The notes under the pieces: generated by a model
Told to the model about the DNA's origin: nothing
Databases searched by the model: none
Seen by the model: the letters and a program-made list of their open reading frames with translations, nothing else
Position numbers and translations under genes: made by a program
Assembly: GCA_964652845.1 (NCBI GenBank)
Contig: CAZZDQ010000005.1
Location: 22,959-86,958, forward strand
Length of the DNA stretch: 64,000 bases
Direction: 5' to 3'
Source of the DNA: an uncultured Chitinophaga sp.
Lineage (GTDB): Bacteria; Bacteroidota; Bacteroidia; Chitinophagales; Chitinophagaceae
Part shown: one piece after another, positions 37,973 through 50,300 of the stretch
Numbering within the stretch: position 1 is the stretch's first letter
Layout of the letters: every line of letters begins with the position of its first letter

Positions 37973-38346
37973 AAATGGTGTAGTAAGTAATTAAATGTAA
38001 GATAGAGATAAACTTTAAATGAAACAAGTTTAATGAATTAAATATTATTATTTCTTAACGATCATCATACAGGATCGTTCTATTCAAGTGCTATGGACCA
38101 TTCGTATAATGATGATATCCTATGATCACTTCAATACAGCATAAATGATCAGCGCCATAAAGAATGATAAGATCATTTCAGCGGGAATGATCCGCCGGAA
38201 AAAAACAATTCTTCATCATGGGGCAGACCCTTGGTATACGCTTAGTCCTATTGGATTATACGGACAGGGGGTTGTACAATATTTTTCCTGTCATTTGTAT
38301 CCGTCATAATGGAGAAGTAACTAATTTTAATATCAGAAACAGTACA

Positions 38347-40239
38347 ATGTACAGGATATCCGTTTTAACCTCGTTCATGATCTCATGCCTTGCAATTACC
38401 GGGTGCCGGAAAGCATCTTCATCTGGTAGTTCCGGAGGGACAGTCAAGAAAGATGTGCCGGGAGGTATGCAGGACGGGGTCAATTTCCTCAACGGGGGAA
38501 GATCGGTACTTTTTGATTTCTATGCGCCGAAAAAAAATTCCGTTTCGGTCATTGGTGAATTCACCAACTGGCAACCTGTTATGATGACGAATTCAACTGA
38601 CGGGAACCGGTGGTGGGTGCAGGTGGACAGCCTTGACCCCACAAAGGAATATGCCTATCAATACCTCGTTGACGGTTCGCTGCGAATAGCCGATCCCTAT
38701 ACGGAAAAAATACTGGACCCCAACAATGATCAGTATATACCAGCGAGCACCTACCCCAACCTGAAAGCCTACCCCTCAGGCGGTTCAGGTATTGTCAGCA
38801 CATTTTATTACAGCCAGCCCTCTTATTCCTGGCAGAATAATAATTTTCAGCGGCCCGAAGCTAAAAACCTTATTATTTATGAATTGCTGGTACGAGATTT
38901 TGTAGCCACCCATGATTATAAGACAATAAAGGATACGCTCAATTATTTTACAAGACTGGGCGTTAATGCCATTGAGCTGATGCCTTTCAGTGAATTCGAA
39001 GGCAATGATTCATGGGGTTATAACCCCGATTTCTATTTTGCACCGGATAAATATTATGGTACCAAGAATGATCTGAAGGCCCTGATCGATGCCTGTCATG
39101 GCAAAGGCATCGCCGTGATACAGGATATCGTGCTCAACCATTCCTTTGGCTCTTCCCCCATGGTGCAGTTATACTGGAACGGTTCAGCTCCTTCGGGCGA
39201 TAATCCATGGTACAATACCGTTCCCACACATCCTTATAATGTGGGATACCAGTTCAATCATGAAAACGCAGCCACCAAATACTTTGTCAAGAATGTGCTG
39301 AAATGGTGGATGACTGAATATCATATTGACGGGTTCCGGTTCGACCTGGCCAAAGGCTTTACCCAATTCAATTCAGGCACGGATGTGAATCTTTGGAGCC
39401 AATACGACGCCAGCCGTGTGGCCATCTGGAAGGATTATTACAATTATATACGGTCCATTGATCCAAGCCTGTATGTTATTCTTGAGTTTTTCGGCAGCAA
39501 CCAGGAAGAAGGAGAACTGACCACCCTTGGCATGTTGACCTGGAAAAACCTCGCCACGCCCGGCGAGCAGGCAACGATGGGCTATAATGACGCCGGTGGC
39601 TCTTGGGATATTTCAGGCCTGTTTTATGACCGCTATGGCTTCACCAACCCTTACGCGGCCATTGCTTATTTTGAAAGCCATGATGAGGAAAGACTGCAGT
39701 TCAAGAACGAAATGTATGGTAACAGCAGCGGAGGTTATAATATTAAATTGCTGCCCACCGGTTTAAAACGCGATGAAATGGGTGCTGCCTTCATGTTCTC
39801 CTCCCCGGGACCTAAAATGATCTGGGAGTTCGGGGAAATGGGCTATGACATCAGCATCAATGGTTTTGGGGGTCGTCTGAATCCAAAACCACCCCATTGG
39901 GAATACCTCAATGATCCAAACAGGGCCAGCCTGTTCAATATCTATTCAAAAATGATCCGGATGAAAATAAAAAACAATGTTTTCACTACTACCGGATACA
40001 GTTATGACCTCGGCCAGGCGGTCAAGATCATCCATTTGAACGGAACGGGCGGTATCTATGTCATTATAGTGGGAAATTTCGATGTGGTGCAGAATAATGC
40101 CGTGGTAAATTTTCCGCTCACCGGCAACTGGACCGATAATATCAACGGGGCGATACTCAATGTAAACACACAGAATTTCCCGATGACACTCCAGCCGGGA
40201 GAATACCATGTGTTCAGCAATCAGCCCCTGCAACAATAG
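38347..40239 (+). CDS. GH13 alpha-amylase-family lipoprotein with N-terminal CBM48-like domain
   Basis: Lipobox ITGC, IYELLVRDF, WGYNP, DIVLNH, GFRFDLAKG, ILEF and SHDEER motifs. Confidence 0.9.
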   Translation: MYRISVLTSFMISCLAITGCRKASSSGSSGGTVKKDVPGGMQDGVNFLNGGRSVLFDFYAPKKNSVSVIGEFTNWQPVMMTNSTDGNRWWVQVDSLDPTKEYAYQYLVDGSLRIADPYTEKILDPNNDQYIPASTYPNLKAYPSGGSGIVSTFYYSQPSYSWQNNNFQRPEAKNLIIYELLVRDFVATHDYKTIKDTLNYFTRLGVNAIELMPFSEFEGNDSWGYNPDFYFAPDKYYGTKNDLKALIDACHGKGIAVIQDIVLNHSFGSSPMVQLYWNGSAPSGDNPWYNTVPTHPYNVGYQFNHENAATKYFVKNVLKWWMTEYHIDGFRFDLAKGFTQFNSGTDVNLWSQYDASRVAIWKDYYNYIRSIDPSLYVILEFFGSNQEEGELTTLGMLTWKNLATPGEQATMGYNDAGGSWDISGLFYDRYGFTNPYAAIAYFESHDEERLQFKNEMYGNSSGGYNIKLLPTGLKRDEMGAAFMFSSPGPKMIWEFGEMGYDISINGFGGRLNPKPPHWEYLNDPNRASLFNIYSKMIRMKIKNNVFTTTGYSYDLGQAVKIIHLNGTGGIYVIIVGNFDVVQNNAVVNFPLTGNWTDNINGAILNVNTQNFPMTLQPGEYHVFSNQPLQQ

Positions 40240-40419
40240 CCACACTCATTCAATTTGTTGCACATTGCACAATTTCACGCCCGGTTTTATGTTTCAAAAA
40301 CAGCTGTTAACCGGCGTTAAGAATTTTTTTTTACAAAGATAAAATTGCGGTAACTTTCAAAATCTTACAGTAACATTGTACGTTTAAACATTGATTCCTT
40401 CACTCTTTAAAGACTGCTT

Positions 40420-43374
40420 ATGTTTTTCAAAAGAATAATCAGGGCCGCGGGTATGGCGGCCATGCTGCTGGCAGCTCAAGTTTCATTTGCACAGAACCGT
40501 GTTATTACCGGTAAAGTGAGCGACTCAAAGGATGGTTCACCTGTTGCAGGGGCTACTGTTTCCGGGAAAGGAACCAGGATCGCCGCGCAGACCATTTCAG
40601 ACGGAACATTTCGAATATCCATTCCTTCTACGGTTGTTACGCTGACCATTTCATCTGTCGGCTATGCCCCACAGGATGTGTCCGTTACAGGTATAACTTC
40701 TCTCGAAGTTTCACTTGTTCTGACCAATACAATACTGGGTGAAGTGGTGGTAACGGGCTATGGTACCGTGAAAAGAAAAGATCTTACGGGATCCATTGCG
40801 ACTGTGAGCTCCAAGGATTTTGTAAAAGGACCGCTCACTTCTCCCGAACAATTGATTAATGGAAAAGTTGCCGGCGTACAAATTACAACGGGTGGCGGCG
40901 CCCCGGGCAGCGGTAGCAGGATCCGTGTAAGGGGGACCTCTTCTTTATCAGCAAGCAATAATCCGCTCATCATCATCGATGGTGTACCGGTGGATCAGGA
41001 AAGCGGCATTTCAGGAGCTGCCAATCCGCTGGCGCTCATCAATCCGAATGATATCGAATCCATCAATATTCTAAAAGATGCATCTGCAACGGCCATTTAC
41101 GGGAACAGGGCCACGAACGGTGTCATCATTATCACAACAAAAAAGGGGAAATCCGGCAAATTGAAAATAAATTTCAATACACAGAACTCCATAGCCACAG
41201 TTGGGAAAAAAGTGGATATGATGAACGCAAGTGAATTCACTTCACTGATCAAGGCCAAAGGGACGAATGCCCAGATTGCCCTGCTGGGTACCTCGAATAC
41301 CAACTGGCAGGATCTCATTTATCATAGTGCTTTTACAACAGATAATAATATTGGTGTAACCGGAGGCCTGGGTAATTTCCCCTACCGGGCTTCTGTGGGT
41401 TATCATAACGAGGACGGGACGCTGAAGACCGGGAACCTGCAGCGGATCAGCACAGCAGTAAACATTAACCCAAGGCTGTTAAAGAATATGCTGAAGATCG
41501 ATTTCAATTTTAAAGGCTCTTTTACAAACACCCGTTTCGCGAACGAGGGCGCAATCGGAAGCGCTGCGTTTTTCGATCCTACCCAACCGGTTTACCGGTC
41601 CGATAACCGATTTGGCGGTTACTGGGAATGGCTGGATAATAATCAGCCCAATGGACTGGCACCCAAGAACCCTCTTGGCATGCTCAACCTGAGACAAGAT
41701 AAGAGCAATGTGCACCGTTATGTTTCTAACCTGCAGGTTGATTATACCCTTCCCTTCTTTAAGGATATGCATATTAATATAAATGTGGGTGGAGATTATT
41801 CCTCAAGTACGGGGACAGTTTATATCCCCGACTCTGCAGCCATGACTTATATAAGGGGCGGGGTGAACAACCAGTATGACCAGAAAAAAAAGAACAAACT
41901 GTTTGAGGCCCTGGTGAATTACGGCAAGGATATCAAGAAAATAAAAAGCAGGCTCGATCTTTTTGCCGGATACGGATACCAGGATTTCATCAGGCAAAGC
42001 ACGAATTTCCCGGATAACAGGGCCAACGGAACGCAATTCGCTCCTCCAGCGCCCAATCCATTCTATACGCAAAATACACTGGTATCGTTCTTTGGAAGGC
42101 TGGATTATAATTATATGGGACGTTATATCCTCCGGGCGAATATTCGCTACGACGGTTCTTCCCGTTTCAGCAAAGAAAACCGTTGGGGAACCTTCCCTTC
42201 AGTTGCTTTTGCGTGGAGAATCACCGATGAACCCTTTTACAAACGCCGGCCCAGTAAAATTCTCTCAGATCTGAAATTCAGGATCGGGTACGGAGAAACC
42301 GGTCAACAGGAGATCGGCAGCGACTATGCCTACCTGCCCATCTATACGTTGGGTACACCAACGGCGCAATACCAGTTTGGAAGCCAGTTTTATCCCGTTT
42401 ACCGGCCCAATGGCTATGACGCCAATATCAAATGGGAAACAACCAATACTTTCAATATCGGGTTTGATTACGGATTCTGGGGGAACAGGATAACGGGTAA
42501 CATAGATTACTACAAGAAAAACACGAAAGATCTTTTGAACAGAATTCCTGCTCCGGCAGGCACCAACTTCACCAATATCATTCTGACCAATGTGGGGAAT
42601 ATGGAAAACCAGGGCGTTGAAATAGCAATGAACGCAAACCTGGTCAAGAAGAAGAACGTTACCTGGGATCTGGGCGCCAACTTTACCTATAATACGAATA
42701 AGATCACCAAACTCACCAAGGTCAACGATCCCACTTACCAGGGCGTGCTGGTGGGCGGTATCTCAGGCGGAGTAGGCAATACCATCCAGATCAATTCTGT
42801 GGGCTACCGGCCCAACTCATTTTATGTACTGCAGCAGGTATATACTGCACAAAATAAACCTATTGAAGGATTATATGTTGACAGGAACGGAGACGGGATC
42901 ATCAATAACAATGATTATTACCGTTACAAATCCCCTGAGCCAGATTATATGATCGGGGGAACGACTTCTGTTGGTTATAAGAACTGGACCTTCTCAACTG
43001 TTGTGCGGGTACTGACCGGTAATTATATGTATAATAATGTGTTTGCAAGCAATGGTGTCTTCAGTACGAGTTCAGTGAAATACCTGGGCAATGTGCACCG
43101 GAATTACCTGCAAACAGGTTTCTCCACTTACCAGTATTTCTCAGATTATTACATAGAGAATGCGACATTCCTGAGAATGGATAACCTCACGCTTTCCTAT
43201 GATTTCGGAAAGATTATGAGCGGGAAAGCCAACCTCAGAGGCACCCTAAACGTTCAGAATGTATTCGTGCTGACCAAATACAGGGGGTTGGATCCCGAAA
43301 TTGCCGGGGGGATAGATAATAATTTCTATCCTCGTCCCCGGATCTATTCACTCGGGCTCAATCTTGATCTGTAA
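40420..43374 (+). CDS. susC: SusC-family TonB-dependent transporter
   Basis: VVVTGYG, DLTGSI, ILKDASATAIYGNRATNGVIIITTK; C-terminal barrel end. Confidence 0.96.
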   Translation: MFFKRIIRAAGMAAMLLAAQVSFAQNRVITGKVSDSKDGSPVAGATVSGKGTRIAAQTISDGTFRISIPSTVVTLTISSVGYAPQDVSVTGITSLEVSLVLTNTILGEVVVTGYGTVKRKDLTGSIATVSSKDFVKGPLTSPEQLINGKVAGVQITTGGGAPGSGSRIRVRGTSSLSASNNPLIIIDGVPVDQESGISGAANPLALINPNDIESINILKDASATAIYGNRATNGVIIITTKKGKSGKLKINFNTQNSIATVGKKVDMMNASEFTSLIKAKGTNAQIALLGTSNTNWQDLIYHSAFTTDNNIGVTGGLGNFPYRASVGYHNEDGTLKTGNLQRISTAVNINPRLLKNMLKIDFNFKGSFTNTRFANEGAIGSAAFFDPTQPVYRSDNRFGGYWEWLDNNQPNGLAPKNPLGMLNLRQDKSNVHRYVSNLQVDYTLPFFKDMHININVGGDYSSSTGTVYIPDSAAMTYIRGGVNNQYDQKKKNKLFEALVNYGKDIKKIKSRLDLFAGYGYQDFIRQSTNFPDNRANGTQFAPPAPNPFYTQNTLVSFFGRLDYNYMGRYILRANIRYDGSSRFSKENRWGTFPSVAFAWRITDEPFYKRRPSKILSDLKFRIGYGETGQQEIGSDYAYLPIYTLGTPTAQYQFGSQFYPVYRPNGYDANIKWETTNTFNIGFDYGFWGNRITGNIDYYKKNTKDLLNRIPAPAGTNFTNIILTNVGNMENQGVEIAMNANLVKKKNVTWDLGANFTYNTNKITKLTKVNDPTYQGVLVGGISGGVGNTIQINSVGYRPNSFYVLQQVYTAQNKPIEGLYVDRNGDGIINNNDYYRYKSPEPDYMIGGTTSVGYKNWTFSTVVRVLTGNYMYNNVFASNGVFSTSSVKYLGNVHRNYLQTGFSTYQYFSDYYIENATFLRMDNLTLSYDFGKIMSGKANLRGTLNVQNVFVLTKYRGLDPEIAGGIDNNFYPRPRIYSLGLNLDL

Positions 43375-43411
43375 AAAAACCGTATTTAAAGTATTGATAA
43401 AATAAATCATC

Positions 43412-44998
43412 ATGAAAAAACATTTTTTAAAAGCGTTCTTGTTCGGGGCAGTCATCACCTTACTGGCATCCTGTACCAAGGACCTGAACAGATCGCCGAA
43501 ATATGATGTTACATCCGTAAATGTCTATAAGGATATAACAGGCTATAAGGAAGTGCTGGCAAAGATCTATGCGGGATTGTCCACTACCGGGAATTCGGGT
43601 CCTGATGGGAACGGCGATATCCAGGGTATCGATGAGGGTTTTTCCAGTTACCTGCGCCAGTACTGGCAGACCCAGGAATTACCCACAGACGAAGCCGTGA
43701 TCGGCTGGAATGATGCCACGATCAAGGATTTTCATAATATGGTGTGGAGCTCCAGTGATGTATTTATCAGGGCGATTTACTATCGCATTTATTTTCAGAT
43801 CACCCTCTGCAATGAGTTCATCCGGGAAAGCACACCTTCCAAGCTAAGTTCAAGAAATATAACCGGCGCTGATGCAACAGAGATCGGCTATTTCAGGGCA
43901 GAAGCCCGGTATCTGCGTGCTTTGAGTTATTACCATGCGCTCGACCTGTTCGGCAATGTGCCCTTTGTCACTGAAAACGATCCCATCGGTTCATTTTTGC
44001 CCAGCCAGATCACAAGACCTAACCTGTTCAATTATATCGAATCCGAACTGAAAGCCATTGAAACCCTGTTAAAACCGGCCAAGAGCAATGAATACGGAAG
44101 GGTGGATGCTTCTTCCGACTGGGCCTTGCTTGCAAAACTTTACCTGAATGCTGAAGTGTACACCGGAACAGCCCGTTATTCAGATGCCGTCAGTTATTGC
44201 AATAAAGTCATCGCTGTAGCCGGCTATTCACTTGTCAATCCCTATCGTTATTTATTCCTGGCTGATAATAATGCCACTTCCACCAGCGAGATCATTTTCC
44301 CGGTAACATTTGACGGAAACAAAACAAGGACCTGGGGCGGGACTACCTACCTTGTACACGCCCCGGTTGGCGGTTCCATGAGCCCTTCCGCACAGGGTGT
44401 CGATTTCGGCTGGGGAGGACTTCGCTGCACTAAACAATTTGTACAGAAATTCCCCGATCCGAGCGGCGCTACTGACACAAGGGCAAATTTCTATACCAGC
44501 GGGCAAAACCTTGATATCAACGATGTATCCTCATTTACGGATGGCTGGGCGATCATCAAATTCAGGAATGTCACTTCCACCGGGGCACCGGGTTCCAACC
44601 CTACCTGGGTGGATACCGATTACCCTATGTTCCGTTTGGCAGAAATATACCTGACCTATGCTGAATGTGCCACCCGGGGTGCAGGAGATGTGAACACGGC
44701 TGTTACGTATATCAACCTGCTTCGTCAAAGAGCTTACGGGAATGCATCCGGCAATATCACACTCGCTCAACTCACGCCCCAGTTTGTACTGGATGAAAGG
44801 GCAAGGGAACTGTATTGGGAAGCTACAAGGCGTACAGACCTGATCCGCTACGGGCAGTTCACTACCAGTTCATATTTATGGGCATGGAAGGGTGGTGTTT
44901 CGGGCGGGCAGGCAGTAGGAAGTTACCGGAATTTATACCCGATCCCATCTTCGGATGTTACGGCTAATCCAAACCTTCAACAAAATCCCGGATATTAA
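43412..44998 (+). CDS. susD: SusD/RagB-family lipoprotein
   Basis: Lipobox LASC, AEARYLRA, FRLAEIYL, ERARELYWE and QNPGY motifs. Confidence 0.96.
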   Translation: MKKHFLKAFLFGAVITLLASCTKDLNRSPKYDVTSVNVYKDITGYKEVLAKIYAGLSTTGNSGPDGNGDIQGIDEGFSSYLRQYWQTQELPTDEAVIGWNDATIKDFHNMVWSSSDVFIRAIYYRIYFQITLCNEFIRESTPSKLSSRNITGADATEIGYFRAEARYLRALSYYHALDLFGNVPFVTENDPIGSFLPSQITRPNLFNYIESELKAIETLLKPAKSNEYGRVDASSDWALLAKLYLNAEVYTGTARYSDAVSYCNKVIAVAGYSLVNPYRYLFLADNNATSTSEIIFPVTFDGNKTRTWGGTTYLVHAPVGGSMSPSAQGVDFGWGGLRCTKQFVQKFPDPSGATDTRANFYTSGQNLDINDVSSFTDGWAIIKFRNVTSTGAPGSNPTWVDTDYPMFRLAEIYLTYAECATRGAGDVNTAVTYINLLRQRAYGNASGNITLAQLTPQFVLDERARELYWEATRRTDLIRYGQFTTSSYLWAWKGGVSGGQAVGSYRNLYPIPSSDVTANPNLQQNPGY

Positions 44999-45042
44999 CC
45001 CTCCAAAAAATTATTCATAAACAAGAAATAAAACTTATCAAA

Positions 45043-46128
45043 ATGAAAGCAATAGTAAAAAGTTCCCTGATGCTATTGATTGCTTCGGCTACCCTGTTAT
45101 CTTCCTGTACAAAGAATGATAACAAGGCATACCTGAATCCCGGAGCGGCACCCATGCTGAATACGACCATGACCACGCTTGTATTGGTACAAGCCAATGC
45201 AGCCAATACAGCCGGTTCATTTACATGGACCGCAGCGGATTTTGGTTACAAAGCTGCTGTAACATACAGTTTACAGTTCTGTAAGGCAGGCACCAACTTC
45301 GCCACTTCCTCCACTACCGAATTGAATGTGGGAAGTGTCCTTTCAAAAACCTTCACGGTCAGTGAATTCAATGCAAAGATGCTGGATATCATGCCTTATG
45401 GTGTGGCCACGCAGATCAATGCAAGATTAAAAGCCGATGTGGGATCAGGCGTAACGCCTATTTATTCAAATGTTATCACAAATATTACGGTGACCGCTTA
45501 CCGGGATATCATCAATTACAGCTTCCCGAATGCTTTGTGGATCGCCGGCAATTACCAGGGATGGGATCCGGGATCTGCTCCCAAGATCGTGGATAAATTT
45601 GCCAGCGGCACAACCGGCTCAAATTATGAAGGGTATATTAATATCTCTGACGGTTCCCCGCATCCATTCAAAATGGTAAAAGGAAATAACTGGGGTGCCG
45701 GTGACTTTGGCGCTGGTCTTGCTGTGTGGACATTACAAAGCCCAAGCGGCACGAACCTTACCATATCCGGTACGCCGGCAGGCGTTTACCTGGTCAAGGC
45801 AAATACCGCCAACCTTACATGGTCTGCCACCCTGATCACTACCTGGGGCATTATCGGCAGCGCAACCGCCAATGGTTGGGGTTCCAGCACACCCATGACA
45901 TTCGTTCCCGCTTCGGGTACCTGGACCATTACCGTGAACCTGACTGCAGGGGAAATGAAATTCAGGGCCAACGATGACTGGGGAATAAATTTTGGAGATA
46001 ATGCACCAGCAGACAATAAGCCTGATTACAATGGATCAAATATTGTTATCGCTGCGGATGGAAATTATACCATTACCCTGGATATCGGTACAGCAGGGAA
46101 TTACGCGTATACTATCCGGAAAAATTGA
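45043..46128 (+). CDS. SusE/SusF-like surface glycan-binding lipoprotein
   Basis: Lipobox LSSC, W-T-A-A-D-F-G, GWDP, and KFRANDDW...G repeats. Confidence 0.85.
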   Translation: MKAIVKSSLMLLIASATLLSSCTKNDNKAYLNPGAAPMLNTTMTTLVLVQANAANTAGSFTWTAADFGYKAAVTYSLQFCKAGTNFATSSTTELNVGSVLSKTFTVSEFNAKMLDIMPYGVATQINARLKADVGSGVTPIYSNVITNITVTAYRDIINYSFPNALWIAGNYQGWDPGSAPKIVDKFASGTTGSNYEGYINISDGSPHPFKMVKGNNWGAGDFGAGLAVWTLQSPSGTNLTISGTPAGVYLVKANTANLTWSATLITTWGIIGSATANGWGSSTPMTFVPASGTWTITVNLTAGEMKFRANDDWGINFGDNAPADNKPDYNGSNIVIAADGNYTITLDIGTAGNYAYTIRKN

Positions 46129-46147
46129 TTCCCGTGTAATATTTTAC

Positions 46148-46180
46148 AGCGGCTGTTCTGAAAAGAAAGCCGCTTTTTTT
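46148..46180 (+). terminator. Intrinsic terminator after susE
   Basis: Stem agcggct/agccgct (plus inner ttct/agaa) followed by a T run. Confidence 0.7.
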
Positions 46181-46199
46181 GTAATATTATTCCTTAGCG

Positions 46200-47237
46200 A
46201 TGTTCGGGCAACTTAAAAAAATCATTCCCTGTTTATTCATGGCTGTCATCGGCTGCAGCAAGTCCGGCTCTTATAATAATTCGGGCGGTGGTGGCGGAAA
46301 CCCGCTGAGCCCATCATTTGTAAAGGGCGCCGATGTAAGCTGGTTGACTGAAATGGAAAGTGCCGGGATAAAATTTTACAATAGTGCAGGTACGGAAACC
46401 GAATGCATGACCCTGATGAAATCCCTCGGGATGAACACGGTTCGTTTCCGGGTATGGGTGAATCCCACGCCCTCCTGGAATAATGCCGCAGATGTGGTGG
46501 TCAAAGCTGTGAGGGCAAAGAACCTGGGGCTGCGTGTGATGATCGATTTCCATTACAGCGATACCTGGGCTGATCCTGGACACCAGACAAAGCCGGCTGC
46601 ATGGACCACACAGGATTTTGCAACTTTAAAAACTTCCTTGGCTACACATACCTCCGATATGTTGAACCAGCTTAAAACGGCCGGCGTGACACCTGAATGG
46701 GTACAGGTCGGCAATGAAACCAATGACGGTATGTTATGGCCTGACGGGAAAGCTTCGGTCAATATGGCCAATTTTGCCCAATTGGTTAATGCTGGTTATG
46801 ATGCAGTGAAAAATGTTTTTCCGGCAACGAAGGTGATCGTGCATATTTCAAATGGGTTTGATAATAATTTGTTCAGATGGGTATTTGACGGCCTTACGGC
46901 AAATGCTGCCAAATTTGATGTGATCGGGATGTCATTGTATCCGCCCGTGGCCAGCTGGTCTTCCTATAACACACAATGCCTGGCCAATATGAATGATATG
47001 GTGAGTCGTTATAATAAAGAGGTGATGATGGTGGAAGTGGGTATGCCCTGGACCAATGCAGCGGAATGCAAGGCATTCTTAAGTGACCTGATCACGAAAA
47101 CAAATTCGGTGGCAAATAGCAAGGGGCTGGGGGTGATATACTGGGAGCCGGAAGCTTATAATAACTGGAAAGGATATTCCCTGGGTACCTTTGATAATAG
47201 CGGGAAACCTACCATTGCCCTGGATGCTTTTCAATAA
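46200..47237 (+). CDS. GH53 endo-1,4-beta-galactanase (lipoprotein)
   Basis: GADVSW, RFRVWVNP, DFHYSDTWADPG, QVGNE, MVEVG and YWEP motifs. Confidence 0.93.
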   Translation: MFGQLKKIIPCLFMAVIGCSKSGSYNNSGGGGGNPLSPSFVKGADVSWLTEMESAGIKFYNSAGTETECMTLMKSLGMNTVRFRVWVNPTPSWNNAADVVVKAVRAKNLGLRVMIDFHYSDTWADPGHQTKPAAWTTQDFATLKTSLATHTSDMLNQLKTAGVTPEWVQVGNETNDGMLWPDGKASVNMANFAQLVNAGYDAVKNVFPATKVIVHISNGFDNNLFRWVFDGLTANAAKFDVIGMSLYPPVASWSSYNTQCLANMNDMVSRYNKEVMMVEVGMPWTNAAECKAFLSDLITKTNSVANSKGLGVIYWEPEAYNNWKGYSLGTFDNSGKPTIALDAFQ

Positions 47238-47297
47238 ATGGCCTTGTACAACTCCTTATTTGCCCCGGTTGGGAGAATTAAACCAGCCCCGAAAATT

Positions 47298-47305
47298 TAT
47301 ATTTG
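47298..47305 (+). promoter_or_regulatory. -7 promoter box TATATTTG
   Basis: TAnnTTTG 20 nt upstream of the ATG at 47326. Confidence 0.5.
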
Positions 47306-47325
47306 TCCTAATCAATCATTGCGGT

Positions 47326-50300
47326 ATGCGAACATATTCCCTCCTTTATATAATACTGTGTTTATTCCTGTTCTGCAATTTATCCCTCTGCGCACAAAAA
47401 AGAACAAACCTTGATGAGAACTGGAAATTTCATTTTGGCCATGCTGCCAACCCTGATAAGGATTTTAATTACAGCCTGGCAACCATTTTCGCGAAAAGCG
47501 GTGGAGCTGCCCGGACGGCTATCGACCCGCGTTTCAATGACAGTACCTGGAGAACGGTGAGCCTGCCGCACGACTGGGCTGTCGAATTACCCTTCGTTGA
47601 ACATCCCGGCTTTGAAGTTGAATCGCATGGATACAAACCGGTGGGCGGATATTTTCCGGAAACAAGCATTGGATGGTACCGGAAAAAATTCAGGGTGGAT
47701 CCCGCCGACAGCGGTCAGCGTTTTCAGTTGCAGTTTGACGGGATCTTCCGCAATGCGATGATATGGGTGAATGGTTTTTTTGCCGGCAATAATATGAGTG
47801 GATATATCGGAGCTTCCTATGATGTTACCGATTTTATCAGCTTCAGCAGGGATAATGTGATCGTGGTAAGGGTGGATGCCACGCAGTATGAAGGCTGGTT
47901 CTATGAAGGGGCGGGCATCTACAGGCATGTGTGGTTAAATCAATACAATAATATACATATTCCTGACGGAGGTTTGTTTGTATACGCAGAGGTTTCAGGG
48001 AATGCCGCTACGCTCAATATTGAAACGACCGTTGAGAATCAAAACAACGATATTGTCAACACTTCGGTCTATTCATACATCACTGCAAGGAACGGGCAAA
48101 TCATTGCACAATCAAAAGAACAACCACTTACACTGGCACCGGATGGCAGGCTATCGGTCAACCAGAAATTGCAGGTTCTCAGCCCGCATTTCTGGAACCT
48201 GGATGATCCTTATTTATACAGGGTTGTTTCGGTTGTAAAAACAGGCAACAAGGTTGTATTTACAAAAAAGGAAAGATTCGGTATCCGAAGTTTTCGCTTT
48301 GATGCCAACGATGGTTTTTTTCTCAATGGGAAATACATGAAGATACAGGGCACCTGCAATCACCAGGACCATGCAGGCCTGGGAAGCGCCTTGCCCGATT
48401 ATATTCAATACTACCGGGTCCGCCTGCTGAAGAATATGGGTGTGAACGCCTGTCGTACCAGTCACAATCCACCTGCACCGGAATTCCTCGAAGCCTGTGA
48501 CAGCCTCGGGATGTTGGTATTAGACGAACAACGGCTGCTCAACAGCAGTCCGGAATACATGAATCAATTTGAAAGGATGATCCTGCGTGACAGGAACCAT
48601 CCTTCCATATTTATGTGGAGTATCGGTAATGAAGAAGGCTGGATACATACAAATTCCTTCGGCAAGCGCATAGCACAGACATTTATTGCAAAACAAAAAG
48701 AACTGGACCCTTCCCGGACCTGCACCTATGCCGCTGATGTGGCCAATGTCTTTAACGGGGTGAATGAAGTGATCCCCGTGCGCAGTTTCAATTATCGCCA
48801 GTTCGGTGTGGCAGATTACCACCGGGACCATCCTGCACAACCGCTGATGGGCACAGAAATGGGCAGCACGGTAACGACCCGCGGGCAATATGCAAAGGAT
48901 TCCGTTCGCGGTTACCTGCCCGATCATGATATCACCGCACCCTGGTGGGCCAGTACGGCGGAGACCTGGTGGAAACTGGCTGCAGAAAATAAATACTGGA
49001 TGGGTGGATTTGTATGGACAGGCTTTGACTATCGCGGGGAGCCTACTCCCTTTCACTGGCCCAATATCAATTCTCATTTCGGGATCATGGATATGTGCGG
49101 GTTCCCCAAGAACAATTATTACTATTATCAAAGTTGGTGGACGAATGAGGATGTGCTGAATATCTCTCCGCACTGGAATTGGCCTGTCAATTGGGGAGAA
49201 GCCCCACCCATTATTGATGTTTGGGTGAACAGTAATGCAGACAGTGTTCAGTTATTATTGAACAATAAAAGTTTGGGCACGAAAATAATGCCAGGGAACG
49301 GGCATTTGCAATGGGATGTAAAATATGCACCCGGTAAATTAGAAGCAATTGGGTATAAAAGCAGGAAATCACTTCATGCACAGGTTGAGACCACCGGTGC
49401 TCCCGCTGAAATTGTTTTAACGCCCTATAAAACTACCATGCTTGCCGACGGAAAGGATGTAACGGTGATGAATATGAGCATCATTGACCGCGAAGGGAGG
49501 GAAGTGCCTGATGCAAATAATATGATCCGCTTCACCATTAGCGGGCCGGGAAGGATCATCGGGGTGGGTAATGGTGATCCGAGCAGTCATGAGCCGGATA
49601 AATGTATGGACGGCGCCTGGCAGCGCAGTGCTTTCAACGGGAAATGCCAGGTGATCGTACAGTCAGAAAATAAGCCGGGCATCATTAAATTCCAGGCTAC
49701 CTCACCCGGGCTATGGAGCGGGGGCACAGATATTATCACTGTTTCACCGGGCAGCGCAGCAAGCGTGACCATAGATAAAAAATACCAGTTATCGGGCGAA
49801 GCGGCCAAACCGCATGAGGCAACAAAGATGATCGGGGCCGATATCTCATTCCTACCTCAGCTTGAGGACCGTGGTATGAAATTCAGCGATACCGGAACGG
49901 AAACGGATGCGATCAGGATCATGAAGGCACATGGTTTTAATTATGTCCGTTTGCGCATCTTTAATGATCCGGCCCGTGATAGCGGCTATGCACCGGGCAA
50001 AGGATTCTGCGACCTGGCGCATACAAAGCAAATGGCAAAACGGGTAAAGGATGCGGGGATGAAACTCCTGCTGGATTTCCATTACAGCGATTACTGGGCT
50101 GACCCGGGAAAACAATTCAAGCCTGCCGCCTGGCGCAACCTGGATTTTGAACAACTCAAACAGGCGCTCTATGATTATACAAAGAATGTCATCTCAGCAC
50201 TAAAACAACAAGGTACGGCGCCGGACATGGTGCAGATCGGGAATGAGATCAATCACGGAATGGTATGGCCGGAGGGCAGCATCGCTCATATTGATAGTCT

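Noticed and set aside
38126-38176. 16-aa hydrophobic minus-strand ORF (MILSFFMALIIYAVLK) upstream of the SET operon as a precursor peptide
   Set aside because: It is very short, could arise by chance in AT-rich DNA, has no leader/core pattern, and the upstream frame is closed by tandem TGA. It would need conservation or ribosome-profiling support.
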